A DNA stretch of 63,716 bases, filler included, from Olpidium bornovanus S191 (GCA_017911155.1; 25 parts of 25 records of this genome joined end to end with filler, not necessarily neighbours in it), one strand, 5' to 3'. Counted from the whole stretch's first letter, positions 10,990-23,477 are shown. Made by a program: numbers and translations. Notes: a model not told the origin generated them from the sequence alone.

Positions 10990-13900
10990 CTAACTGGACT
11001 TCAACATCTTGTCAAACGCTTCGACCGTGCTTTTCGGCAACGTGTCCGGCGGCGGGTCCGTGACGAGATTCGCCGCGGCGGCGGCGGCGTCGGCGGCGTC
11101 GGCGGCCTTGCCGACGCGGTACAGGGCGGCGGGCGCGCTGTGGACCAGCTTCGGCTTGTTGTACGCCTCGAACTTCTCTGGGCACGACACGCGGCGGGCC
11201 GCCGCGGACGCCAAGCCTCCCAACTCCGGGTTGTCGCTCGCCGAGAACGGGTTGACGGGCACGCCGCCGATCTGCCCGGCGGCAGGCGCCTCGTCGCCGT
11301 CGTCCGGCATGATCGTGAACAGGGTCCTCCGGGTCCCGTCCACGGACACCGTTTTCCGCATTGCCTTCTGGTCCAGGAGCTGCGTCGTCAGCCGGTACAC
11401 CGCCTCGTCGATGGCCAGTTCGATCCGCAGGTGGTTCCTGACCAGCGAGACCTCTTGGGTTTGGGCACAAACCAAAAGAATATTTTGTCAGCTCAGAAAG
11501 GTTGACGACCGAGGCGTCAGCAGCGCGGAAGATCAAGAAAAAAGGGACACGCACTCGACCATGTCGCCCTCTCGCCCTTCAAGCACGCCTCCAGAAAAGA
11601 ATCGCGGGTAGGGTTCTTTATAATGTTCAGGTATTCCTTGACGCCCACTTTTGGCACAATCGTGATGTCACCATAGTACTTCTGAGAAAGCATCTGATTG
11701 ATGCGGTGAGACACATTCGGGCAGATGTCGTATTCGATGCCCTAACTCGCCATACGCAAAAGGCCAGTAGCAGTCAGACATCGTGCCCGCTTCGGGAAAC
11801 ACAGGTGCGTTGTATCATATGAGCTTACGTAGTTTGCGTAATGCTGCACAACCTTTCTGGCCAAGTCTAAACATTTTCCGACAATTTTTCTGCAGCGGGA
11901 TGGCACGATGCCAGAATGCAGGAAAGGCAGTATGTGGGGGTTTACTAAATCGCGACGTTAAAGGGCCGGTAAGCACCGGAGTAAGAAACGAATTTCCAAC
12001 GAGACCGCGCGAACAGAAATAGTTGCCTTCTCGAAGTTCCGATTTAGACCACACCTTGGCTGACAATAGTATGATTTACGTTGAAAATTTCAGCCAATCT
12101 GACCATTGGAAGGTCGCTGCAACGGCGGCGGCTCGTCTGGGTGAGCTACGTTTCCGAAGTGGCGATCGGAGGTTCAAAGCCAAATCAACAGCCACCTTTC
12201 CACAGAACCGTCAATCCATCTGTGCCCTGTGCCGTGACAACAGGCACGAATTAAAATCGACCTTCTTCCCGTGGCCCCAAACAACTCTGGAACAATTGGA
12301 AGAGGGGAAGAAATGCGCGGATCCGACCTACGCACCTGATGGGTTCCACGCGACGATCACACCCTTCTCCTTGGCCATCAATGGAGCGGAGCTATACACG
12401 AACGGCACCGCACAAGACGCCGCACTGTTCGCGAAAAGCCCGCGATCAGAACACCCTGCCTTGGTTCATTGTCAACGCCGCACCCATCCGTTCTCGCTGA
12501 ATACAACTTACACTGCAGACCAAATAACCTGGAGACAATAAAGGAAGGGTGAGCACAGCTGACGCAAGAAATCCCAGCCGACTAGCGGAGACTTGGATAA
12601 ATACGAACCACGTTTGGAGCAGTGACATAATTCAGCAACCGCGGCATTTCAAAGATACCCGACGAGCTGACCGATATATTGAGTATTCGTCGTGTTCTGT
12701 TATACGCCTCCTAGTAAAACGGTGTAAGGACCTCCGCTGATGACACGACATACTGCGAGATATATCGCGTACCTGAAACGTTACATCTCCGATATTGCTC
12801 CGCACGCACTCCTTCAAAACCTCCACGTCAAATAGTACACCTACGCAAGTCAGAATCGCCTTCAATCCATAAAATACCAAGAAAGAAACGCCCGTCTCCG
12901 ACACATTACTCTGGCACGGCTCACCTGAGCTTAACAGGCGATTCAACTTAACAAACACATTATCGGGCTCGCCAGGCTCGTGGAAGAAGTTCTATATAGT
13001 ACAGCGGCAGATTTAGAAATGTTGTACGTATCCAGGTCAACATATTAGAATCCCGCAAGCAGCGCACCAGATTTATCGACTCGGGTCGCATAAGACCTTT
13101 GAGATCATCATCCGTGGAACAACACAAGATCGCGGCAATGATCGAACCGCTGCTGGTGCCGGAGATAATCCGCGGCAACAATTTACACTCGTACAAGCAT
13201 TTCACGACGCCAATATGATGCAAACCTGCGTTAAAGAAAATCACTCGGCGTGAACCCCGCAGCAATCCACGTCTTCGTCAGATTCACCAGGAGCGCGCGG
13301 CGGCCTATGCCTTTTCAAAACCGCACCCAAAGTAGCGCCGCCGCTTAGCAACAGAGCTGTACGCCCGAAAGACTGTCTGGTGTTGATGAAAAACTCAAGT
13401 TTTTGCTGTACTGAGTAATACGGCGAGTCGGTACCGCAAATGAAATTTATTTGCTTGACCACCTCGTCAACGTAGTCTTCAATCAGCTTCTTCGTCCCGA
13501 TGTTAGCGGTGGCAAACAGCTGGAAGCGGGTACAGCAAGGGACACAGAAAACGAAAAGGGAAAAACATCGGCAGCTGGAATTCGTGAGCGCGCTGGAGCC
13601 TTGAAGCGCCTTGTAACCGCAGGGAAAAAAAAAAGCGACCAGCACCCCAAATTTGTGGCGCCGCCTCCTCACACGCACGGTGGGCTTCCCCATGTCTCCG
13701 AGGTTTCTAAAAAGCGATGTCCTAAGCAAAAAAATCATAGGCGCCATCGCGCTGCCCTCTCTTGCGGCTTTTAGATCGGAAAGCCTGGCAGCCACAAGCT
13801 TGTAGTCGTATTCCGGCGACACAGGATCCAGCTTCCACTTGTCGTAACCTTTTTTTTTTTTAAGAAAAAGCGCGAGCGAGTCCGGAAACGGGAACGGAAG

Positions 13901-14328
13901 TAAGGCGTGGGGTAACCGTGTGACGTCACGCCACGCAGCAGTAGGAACGCCCCAATACCAAGCAGGTGGTCCAGCACAAGCGCTGCCGCCGCCCACTGCT
14001 CGTAGTTCGTGGCGACGTCCATCAAGTGCCTGTAGTACGCTATATTGCGGGCGGAGTGCAGCGCGGCCCGGAAGGCCCTCCGCCAGCATTGCGCAGTGAG
14101 GCGGGCGAGCACCCTCGGCCAAGCCCAGGGGAAGCGTGAGTCCGCCGCGGCTCGCGCTAGAACGGGCGCGTTCGTCGGAACATCGCCGCGCACCACGTGC
14201 CGGCGAGTGCCGCCGGACGCCGCCGCGGCCGGCGCGGCGGCCGTCGGGCCTCGCGAGTTCTGCGGAGCGTCGTTAATCTTAGGCCTCGGCATTGTTTTCC
14301 GGCTTGTTTTCTGCGGGCGGTAGGGCAT
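10990..14328 (-). CDS. TGL4: Patatin-like triacylglycerol lipase, TGL4/TGL5 family, multi-exon
   Basis: Exons read ATNYEQWAAAALVLD, KWKLDPVSPEYDYKLV, GTKKLIEDYVDEV, RQSFGRTALLLSGGATLG, LLPRIISGTSSGS (GxSxG), PRLLNYVTAPNV, SAASCAVPFVY, DLPMVRLAEIFNVNHTIVSQ, SQKYYGDITIVP and NHLRIELAID. Stop at 10990. The start ATG could instead be the next in-frame Met. Confidence 0.92.
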
Positions 14329-14414
14329 GGGGGCGGCAAGGGCAAGGAGCCGGGCTCTTGTTCCGTCCGCGTGGGGCACGCGCGCCGGCCGCCTTCTCTG
14401 AGGAGGGAGGAAGA

Positions 14415-14475
14415 GAGAGAGAGGGAGAGATTTAGAGAGAGAGAGAGAGAATTGGAGAGAAAGAGAGAGAGAAAG
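14415..14475. repeat. (GA)n-rich microsatellite upstream of TGL4
   Basis: Interrupted GAGA runs are visible directly. Similar tracts lie at 25454-25520 and 63389-63437 (CT). Confidence 0.85.
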
Positions 14476-14795
14476 AGCGCGAAAGGCGCCGCGGCCGCTT
14501 CCGCGTGCGGTTGGGGAGGCAGGCAAGGTGGGGTAGGGTGGGAAAGTTCTCGTTTTTTTTTTTTTTCTGTTTTTTTTTTTTCTTTTTTCTTTTTTTTTTT
14601 CTGCTTTTTTTCTTTCTGCTTTTTCTGGCACACTCCCGGGCCCGACGGGTGATTTCTTTCTCACACCCGGAAANNNNNNNNNNNNNNNNNNNNNNNNNNN
14701 NNNNNNNNNNNNNNNNNTTAATTAATTAANNNNNNNNNNNNNNNNNNNNNNNNNNNNNNNNNNNNNNNNNNNNCCCCCCCCCCCCAAACCCCCCC

Positions 14796-14828
<33 letters not shown>

Positions 14829-15062
14829 AAGGAACAGCCCGTACCGGCCCAGGCGGGCGGAGCCGCGGTTCCCGGCTGAATTTTTTTTTTCCCCTTCTCC
14901 GCCGCGTCAATCATCAGGTGCACGTCGGGCGCGCTTGGCCGGCCAGAGACGGCAGGCCGCCGGGCGGTCTGCCGCAGGCCGCCGCGTGCGTCAGCGGGGC
15001 GATCACGCTGCCTTTTGCGGCCGCGCCGCCCGAGCCGGACGCGGGACGTACGTTTTTTTTTT

Positions 15063-15100
15063 TTTTTGAATTTTTGAATTTTTGAATTTTTGAATTTTTG
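15063..15100. repeat. (TTTTTGAA)n 8-bp tandem repeat, about 4.5 copies
   Basis: TTTTTGAATTTTTGAATTTTTGAATTTTTGAATTTTTG read directly. Confidence 0.9.
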
Positions 15101-15377
15101 CGATCGGGACGACGGCGCTGTTAGAGCCGCCGGGGGGCATCGGATTTACCGTGGCTTTCGCGGCAAAATTCCCACACATCTTTGCCGGGCGCCCCCGTGC
15201 GCGCGCCCGCGCGTACAAAAAGGCCAGATCGCGCCGCTGCTGGATCCGCCGGCCGCTTCCGCCGTTGCGGTCCGCCCGGCCCGGCAATTGGACTCAGCCG
15301 CGTGGAAGAGGCGGTTCGGATACGACTATGAGGGAGGTCCGAGCCAGATGAGGCGGATGGTGGGTCGTTTGGGACGG

Positions 15378-15415
<38 letters not shown>

Positions 15416-15719
15416 AAGAAAACGTTAATCCGCCGCCGTGCTGCCGATTGGCAAAGACAGTCTCCGCGCTTCTCCAAGACGTCGTGCTGGCTGCCGGCTG
15501 CTTCGTTCAGGCAGGAGACGGCATCACGTTTGAGGTGAACGGCGGGCGCGGGGTGGGAATGAGATCAGGAGATCTAAACAGCGCGAAAAGACGGAACAAC
15601 AAAATTGGCGCCGGCGCCTAATGCAAAAATGCGGTCTGTCCCCCCCTCCGGATTGGGGGCCAGGTTTACAGTACGGATCCGGATCGAGGATACGTCCTTG
15701 TCGGCAACACAACAGACAT

Positions 15720-16212
15720 ACAGCTGTCGTCGCGCCGCCGCGAAAGCGGGGCGGGAAAATCCGCCCGCGGAGCGCACGAGCAGCCGGACGACGTCTCCTC
15801 GATCGCGTCGTCGCTGGCCGCCGTCTCCTTATCTTCCGCGGTGGTCCCCGCGCCGTCAGAAACGCGCGGGCGCCTCCCCGGTCTCGAGAAAGCGTTCCAG
15901 ACGCTGCTGGAGGTCGTCGGATATCCGCTGCTCTACCCGCACTGGTTCCGGAAGCTGAAAATCGAGTGTCCGAAGGGTGGTGTTGCCAAAATTTTGCAAA
16001 CGTGCGGGTCCCCCCGCCGGGCGTCCTTTTTGCCCCTCATCTGCCGACACCCTGACGCGCGAATCCCCCTTCTTCGGGATTTTTTTTTTTCTTCTTTTGT
16101 TGTCGTTTGTTGCCTGCACCAAAAACAAAAAGGCGTTTTGATACACGGGCCGCCCGGAGTCGGGAAAACGCTGCTAGTGTCCACGGTCCAGAAGGCCTGC
16201 AACGCCCGCCTG
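15720..16212 (+). CDS. AAA+ ATPase of the CDC48/AFG2 subfamily (possibly SPATA5L1/AFG2B-like), fragment
   Basis: LPGLEKAFQTLLEVVGYPLLYPHWFRKLKIECPK|GVLIHGPPGVGKTLLV contains a Walker A motif with GT-AG introns. Upstream exons are not mapped and the gene is truncated at the contig end. Confidence 0.78.
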
Positions 16213-16483
16213 GTGAGCGATCAGCACTCGTGTGCGCGGGGGCTTTCCCTTCTCTCGCGCGCGCCGCGCCTGTTCACGCGAACGCCCGCGTCCTCTTTTC
16301 TTCTTGGGCGGGAAAAGCAAGCGCTGCGCGGGCCGGGAGAGCGCGGGCCGAGAGAGCGCGGGCCGGGGGAGCGCGCGCCGCGCNNNNNNNNNNNNNNNNN
16401 NNNNNNNNNNNNNNNNNNNNNNNNNNNTTAATTAATTAANNNNNNNNNNNNNNNNNNNNNNNNNNNNNNNNNNNNNNNNNNNN

Positions 16484-17684
16484 CATGAGTTTTGTTGTGC
16501 TTCAGCCAGAATATGGCCGCGTCGCCGACCAGCTTGCCAACGACGACATCGACTTCCACGGTGTCGCTAATATTTGTGACACGGAAATAATTGTCGACTT
16601 TGAGGATGAATGTTTCCAGTTTCGAAGTGCCTCCGCTGCCGTCGTACTTCGGTATGTCGTTAAGGAGGCTCTTGAACGCGTCTGTCGTGGAACGAGTATT
16701 CCGCCCTCCCGGTCGTGACCGAGAGTTAGAGCGAGAACTGGAACAAGAGTACGAATGGCCTGGGTGATGGCCATGGTCGTTTCGTTGCGATCTTCTGTCG
16801 GGTTCGCGGACGGTGAGACTTTGGAGAATGGTAGGTAGTATCGCGGCGACAATTTGTTGAAGTGCGGCAATGTCGATCGGAGCGCTGGGGCGTTTTTGGT
16901 CTTGGTCGTTGCTGCCGCTTGCTTCAATAATGTGAGTACGCACGTGTCGCTGGCACGTGCTTTCTTCTGAATCTGCTGCTGGAGGTGTTCGTTTTCAGTT
17001 TCTCCCTCTCGCCTGAGGGGAGGAGGCGAACGTACGAGTGGCATGGTGGTGGAGAAAGAACAAGTACGAGAATGTAGTGAACGACTAAACGCCGTAACTT
17101 CGTATTTAGCACATGTTCACTCTTTGGCACAGGACAGCACTTGCCGGCGGCCCCGTGTCCACCGCAAAGGATGACGGGGGCTAAAGGAGTCTTGCTTTTA
17201 GGTTTGATTTCTTTATTTCTGCAACGGCGCAGATCGTTCGTCGGCGAGCGCAGTCGATGGCGGAGGCGCGGTGAGTCCTCTCCGGGATGACGGCGGGAGG
17301 CGGTGAGTCCTCACGTGTCACGGACGGCGCGCGGCGGGCGCGCGGCGGTTGTGGCGGCTGAGATGGCGCAGCGGCGGAGCGGCGGCTGCGGCGGAAGCGG
17401 TGAGTCCTCACGCGTCGCGGACGGCGTGCGGCGGGGATGGCGCAGCGGCGGAGCGGCGGCGGAGGCGGAGGCGGCGAATCCTCACGCGTCGGTCCTTGGG
17501 CTCATAACCAGTCAAAAGAAGTTCGGGTTCTTCTTTATTGTGTATGAGAGTTCGTGAGGGGAGAGAAAGAGAAAAGCACAGCGCTGGGCGTAATAACTCC
17601 TAATCAATTAATTTTAAGCGATGGGTTTTAAGGAGTTTCACACTTTCGTTGGAAAAAGTGTCTGGTACGTTTTCAATTTACATG
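16484..17684 (-). mobile_element. 5' part of an LTR retroelement: U5-like end, half-tRNA PBS, C-rich leader and Ty3/Gypsy-like gag (frameshifted, truncated)
   Basis: AATAAA then GGTTATGAGCCCAA at 17509-17496 and a repetitive leader. Kozak-like CCACCATG at 17044. The capsid frame from about 16943 reads LLNDIPKYDGSGGTSKLETFILKVDNYF...GKLVGDAAIFWLKH, a retrotransposon-gag-type motif. Confidence 0.75.
17496..17509 (-). promoter_or_regulatory. Putative primer-binding site complementary to the tRNA-iMet anticodon arm (half-tRNA type)
   Basis: GGTTATGAGCCCAA. Its GGTTATGAGCCC core is the reverse complement of GGGCUCAUAACC in fungal initiator tRNA-Met. Confidence 0.75.
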
Positions 17685-18618
17685 NNNNNNNNNNNNNNNN
17701 NNNNNNNNNNNNNNNNNNNNNNNNNNNNTTAATTAATTAANNNNNNNNNNNNNNNNNNNNNNNNNNNNNNNNNNNNNNNNNNNNCGATATTGTCGTGAAG
17801 GAGTTTGGGGAGGGGGGGTTGTTTTGCCCCCTGCGTGCGGTTGAAAAAGATCCCTAACGCTGGATAATGCGCCAGTCGCAGAACTCCACATCACCACGAG
17901 CATGCCCCCAGCCGTTTTGCTCTGGTTATTCCCCAATCTGCGATATACCCGGCCACGCGCCTTTATGCTCATGGATTATCCGATAAAAGTGGGGCCGTAG
18001 TAGACAATTCTCATTGGGCTTTTGTGTTCCACATTCTGCCATTCACCTCACATCCCCGCGACCTTGTTTCCCCGGACCGCCGGAAAAAAAAAGTTTCCGT
18101 TGTTGCCGGGAAGAAGAATTCCTTATTGAACCACCTTTCCTCCCGGCCAGAATAAAAAAAAAGTCAAAGAAAGCTGCGACGCTAAAACGGGATTATCGAG
18201 CCAGTGTTCGCGCGGAGAGGCCCACCGACAAAGGTCCCTCTGCTCGTGCCACCGGACGGGGAGGATCCCTGCCGGTGGGAGGAAACCGTCGTGCGATCCT
18301 GGCGAGTTATCGTAACTTGGCCCGCACCAGGCGTCGCACGGTTGTAACTCGGGCGGCGAGTCACATAACCGGGGTTACTCGCGCAGTTCAAAACCGAGAA
18401 CGTGGCCGGAGATCCGAGCGACGAATTTCGACTCCCGTCGCGAGCAGCCGCGTACCAGAAATGAGAATGGCGGGCTTTTCCACCAGGATGACTCGAAATT
18501 GATTTATTGTTGACACAGGGTCCTCCCCCCCTCCCCCATCGCGCGCTTGCAGACGAACTTTCGTGCACGCGAGCAAGATGTGGGCCGGGGGGGGGAGAGG
18601 GGGGTTGTTGCTGCCAGG

Positions 18619-19620
18619 CTACTCGTCGACGTCCATCATCACATCATGCCGGTTGGCCGAGCCCGTATCGTCGGGCAGGGGCCCTCGCGCCGGCGTCGTT
18701 TCCTGGTCGTACATCATGGCCTCCTCGCCGTACGGGCCACTCTCGTTGCGGCCGTCGTCCGCGTCCGCGTCATCGGGCTGCTCGTCGTCCTCCTCGAGGC
18801 CGTCGTCGTCCTGGTCGGCTTCGTCTCCATCGTCTCCATCGTCTCCGTCCTCCCCGTCGCGACCCACCGACTTCGAAGCGCGCGGCACGCCGCTGTCCCC
18901 GTCGGCCTCGTCAAGATCCGCGTCCGGCGGCGTCGCGACGCCGTCGTCGTTCGTGGTTGGACCGGGAGTAACGGGGGCCGAAGCATCGTCCACGTCCCTG
19001 TCCGGAGCGGGCGTGCTGGTCGGCTGAACGAGGCAGGGAGGGGGGGGGGGCCGCAAAGGTGGACAGTTGCGTGCGGACACGCGTCAGGACTCCCGTCGTT
19101 CGCGGTCGTCGTGCCTCCCCACCCCCTTGCTCCTCCGCACCCCGCCTGAGCGTGGCCGCGCTCTCCTCCGGCTCAACATCCGCGGAGAAAAAGGAAAGCG
19201 ACTCACGTCCTCGTTGTTGGCTCCCTGCTCAGTGTCGTCCTCATCGCCGCCTTCCTCGTCCTCCTCGTCCTCGACTTCGTCCTCGTTCTCGTCCGCCTCC
19301 CCGTCCTCCTCGTCGTCGTCGTCGTCGTCCTCCTCCTCCTCTTCCTCGTCCTCGCCTGCTGCATCCCTGTCGCCGCCCCTCTCGACCGCTTCCTCAACCC
19401 CCTCTGTTCCACCGGTCCCGGTCACGGCGGTGCTCGTCACCGCCTCCTCGGCATCGGACCCGCTGTCATCCACCTCGATCACGCGGCTGCTCTTAGTCCA
19501 CCTGTACACCGGGAAAAGGTGCTTGCCCTTCGACGGATACGCCCACTTCTTGTCCCTGATCGGGTTTTGTCGCGACATGCGTTTGGTGCGGGAAGTCGAC
19601 GAGGTTTCCGACGGGGGGAA
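18619..19620 (-). CDS. Highly acidic (D/E-rich) protein with a possible BCL7-like N-terminal motif; two exons visible
   Basis: RDKKWAYPSKGKHLFPVYRWTK followed by a long poly-D/E tract, a GT-AG intron at about 19207-19030, and a second acidic exon ending DVMMDVDE* at 18619. The coding status is well supported; the BCL7 label rests on a short motif only. Confidence 0.5.
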
Positions 19621-19782
19621 AGGGCGGAAGCGGGGAAGCGAGGAAAGAGGCGAGGGGAAGGGGGACGTTGGCGGGGGTTTCGGCCGTCCAAAAACGCGGC
19701 GGATTCCACGGTTCCGCCACCCCTCGCGCCGCCGCCCCCCCCCCCCCCCCGGGGCAAAAAAAAAAAAAAAAAAAAAACCCCC

Positions 19783-19825
<43 letters not shown>

Positions 19826-19932
19826 CCGCCCGNNNNNNNNNNNNNNNNNNNNNNNNNNNNNNNNNNNNNNNNNNNNTTAATTAATTAANNNNNNNNNNNN
19901 NNNNNNNNNNNNNNNNNNNNNNNNNNNNNNNN

Positions 19933-22529
19933 CATGATATCGCCGTACGCCTCGTCCTGCGACACGCCAATGACGTCCTTGGTAGTGAGCAGAAGCATCT
20001 CATAGAACAAGCACACGGCTTCGCCCCGGCGGGCGCCCCTGGAGAGAGATTTGTAGCTGAGCTCAGGCTCGTGGTCGGCGCGGCCGACATTAGCAGCCGC
20101 CGCGAACTGGGTGCGCAGGAAGCCCATCGTCTTAAGAGCCGTTTTGCTAAATACTCGTTGGCTGGCTTCGGGCTCAAGTTCCAGCAGTCCTGGGTCAGAC
20201 TGGAGTTCACCAGCCAGGTCTCCAGAGTCATAGATGGAGAGTTTGCGCCGATCCCCAGGTGCTGGCGGCGGAATGAAGTGACAATTGCGGGAGATTATGT
20301 CAAACAAACGTCGTAACTGTCCAAATCGGTCACGAATCAACCAACTAGTTTGGAACACAAACGACGAAGCAACGATTGAAAGGTACGACAAAACCACGAC
20401 TGAATCTGCAAAGGGAGATAAATTGCTGACAGAACACACCGGCTGGCGTCATAGAGGAAATTGATGCCGCGCTGGCTGGTATCGGCGACGTGAATATGCC
20501 TGTGACCGGGTGTTCCGCGACCGGAGTGAACGCCGGCTGATCGTCGTGGTCGTCGACCACGTCCGCAGCAAACGACAAATCGGCGGTGTCGTCGTATACG
20601 CCAGCGCCGTTGAAGTCCTCTGGCAGCGCCGTCTCGCGGTGGACGGCAACCTCCACGGGCTGGACTGACTCCTCTCTGCCGTCAACGGGGACCACCGCGT
20701 CTTCCTCCTCCTCGTTCCGCCAGTCCCGGTCGACAGGAAGGTTCTTGCTGGATACCGGATCAAAGAGAAAACGTAACTCTCTCGCGAGAGCGAGGGGCCG
20801 GGAATCGATATAATCTTCCACGGTCAGGTTTGATAGCCGCAAATTCTTCCTTGAGAACGGGAGGAAAGATAGCTGAAAAGTAAACTCACGGGGGTTCAGT
20901 AAACTTGTCGCAACCAGTAAGAACGGAGGATTCGGCGTCATACCTTTCCGGTGATATCGGAAGTGTCGACAAGGTGCCTCTTTATCAGAGCTTCAGAGAG
21001 CTGCGTGTTCTCGTCGAGCATCAGGCGGCGCTTCCTGGGTACAATTTTCTTGCCTGACGGAATTTCCGCAATGTCCTCAGGCGGAACTTCGTCGACAACG
21101 ATGTCGGGCACGTCAAACATCACATTACTTTCCCGGTTGGCCACTGGAACGGAAAATATATCAGAAGCGACAGATAGAGAGTATACGCGATAGAGAGTAT
21201 ACGCGAACGAGTCATCCCCAAATAATTGTTTGATTAGAAGCCGTACAGGGAGATGCCTGATCATCCAACGAAAACGAGAGTGCGCTCGCCTCGTTATCGA
21301 ACGTCTCAGGCCTTGGGAACGACGGGAAAAGCATTGGGTCAAGCAGGGTCCCCTTAATTTCCAAGTGAGTTAACGCTTGCAGAAATAACCTACGCGATGC
21401 CCAACTCCGCTTCCACGTTCTCGAAGGCCGGCGGCTCGTGTTCGTCCGCGGGCATCAGCGGATCGTCCCGGCCATCACCGCCGCCGTCGTCAAAAGTTTT
21501 GTCGGCCGACGGGGACCCGCCCCCCATTTCGGGTGCGAAAGCCTGCTCCGGGGCAGCGTCCCTTCCGACCTCTACTTCCATAGGTGATGTCAGATCCTCC
21601 TTATCCCGCCGCTCGCCGTCCAGATCGAGATTGAATTCGACGCCTCTTGCGTCGTCTCCGCCGAGGATGTCGAAGTTTGCGTTGAACATTCCGGGGCTAT
21701 CATTGCTTCCGCCCACAGAGCTCAGCAAATCGGAAGACTCGCGCAGGGTTATATCCTGCGGGCGGGAAATGTTCTGGGAGGCTGCCGGATTGAGTGCTGC
21801 ATCCCACGGCCCGTTACTTCCGCGACCCAAAGTACAGCGATTACGAGAGCAGATTAGTCCGGTAATATCGGAATGTAGCGTGAGGTTCCGCTCTTGGTCG
21901 GCGCGTAATTCCCATCCATCAAGCGGGGCTTCTTCGTGCGCCCACGTACCTTAAGGTGAATCCCAACTCCGGTAGCAGGAACATGTCCAGCTCGTTCACC
22001 ACGTCTGGCAAAGTGATGGCGTTTAAGTTGGCAGTAACCTGATCCTCGCGCAAGTCCACGTCGCCTGGGCGGAAGGTCTATAATCCAATAAAGGATAGAG
22101 TTAAGGTGATTGAAACGACTGAAAGAAAAGACGCCGACACGCAGCAAACGGAAACAAGCCCGCGTCACCCTCACAGTTTTGATCTTGTACACTGCCTCGT
22201 TGCATTCTTCCATAAGATAACGCGTCTTTCGGGAGTAGATCTTCACTACCCCGAGCAGCAACTGTCCCGTCAGGCGGAGCGCCATGGGCGGCTGTTCCCC
22301 GCCGATTATGGCAACTTGTTGCCGCAAAAACCAAAGTGGGACTGAGAGTCACGAGATGCCGACCGGTAGTTTTCACCACCCCAAAACTCGACGTGGCCCG
22401 CTCACCGACGCAGTCTTGGATGTTCGTCTGCAAAAACTGCGCCTTGGTGAGCCTCCTCTCCCAGTGAGCCGCAAGCCACACTCGTGCCAGCGGGCCTTTC
22501 CTGGCGAGAACGCCCTCGGAGTAGAACAT
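19933..22529 (-). CDS. RAD21: Cohesin kleisin RAD21/SCC1, multi-exon, last few codons truncated
   Basis: [52 protein letters not shown], and the C-terminal winged helix [29 protein letters not shown]. Confidence 0.95.
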
Positions 22530-23433
22530 CGCGCCCGGCGGAGCGGTGCCGGTATCCGCCGCCTCCGAGTTTGGAACGAGGGAGAGGGGCGGCGCCGGAG
22601 AGCTGGAGGGAAAGAGGAGTGCGAAAGAGTGCGCTAATAAGGTTTTAGGCTGGGCGGTCGCCCTGGGAACGTGGCCAGAGGGTGCTGATATGAATCCGAC
22701 GCGCCTCCCTCACCTTTCGTCTGTTTCGGAGGAAAACTGCTCAAGCAGGGGTGGACCCGCAGCAAACGGGGCCAGCTAAAACCTCAGCTGCGGCGAGCAC
22801 ACGGACCCGTGAAAAGGGATCATGCCCTAGGGCCATGCCCGCTTCAACCAGCCGCTGCGTTCGCGGCGGGCTCGTCAAAAGAGAGACAAATCCGTAGCTG
22901 GAGAACCATGAAAGGTTCTTTAAAATTAGGATAAATCGTGCTCCTTTATATGACGATCCAATACAAGAATTTTTTGGTCCGGCGAGCGCTGCAAAGTGGG
23001 CCAAGATGCGGCGAGGCAGACAGGGACGAATACGTAGCCTAGATCTTCTCTTCTCATACTCACTACGTAAAGCATTCACCAACATGTGTGAAGTAGTAGT
23101 GAAAGTGTAGAGGGGGGAGGCCTGCGTGGCCCTCATCAGCCTGCTCGTAGCCTAAACGTGCAAAGTATCAGGGCGGAAGGTGGGAAAGGCTACATACAAG
23201 AAAGGATACGTACATTTTACTGATGGCATCTTTGTCCAACAAACAACCTACGCCAGACGCGTCCTGAGAAGGTTCTAGATGGACAATGCCAACCCTCGCC
23301 CTACGCCCATGNNNNNNNNNNNNNNNNNNNNNNNNNNNNNNNNNNNNNNNNNNNNTTAATTAATTAANNNNNNNNNNNNNNNNNNNNNNNNNNNNNNNNN
23401 NNNNNNNNNNNAAGGGGGGGGGGGGCCACCCCC

Positions 23434-23477
<44 letters not shown>

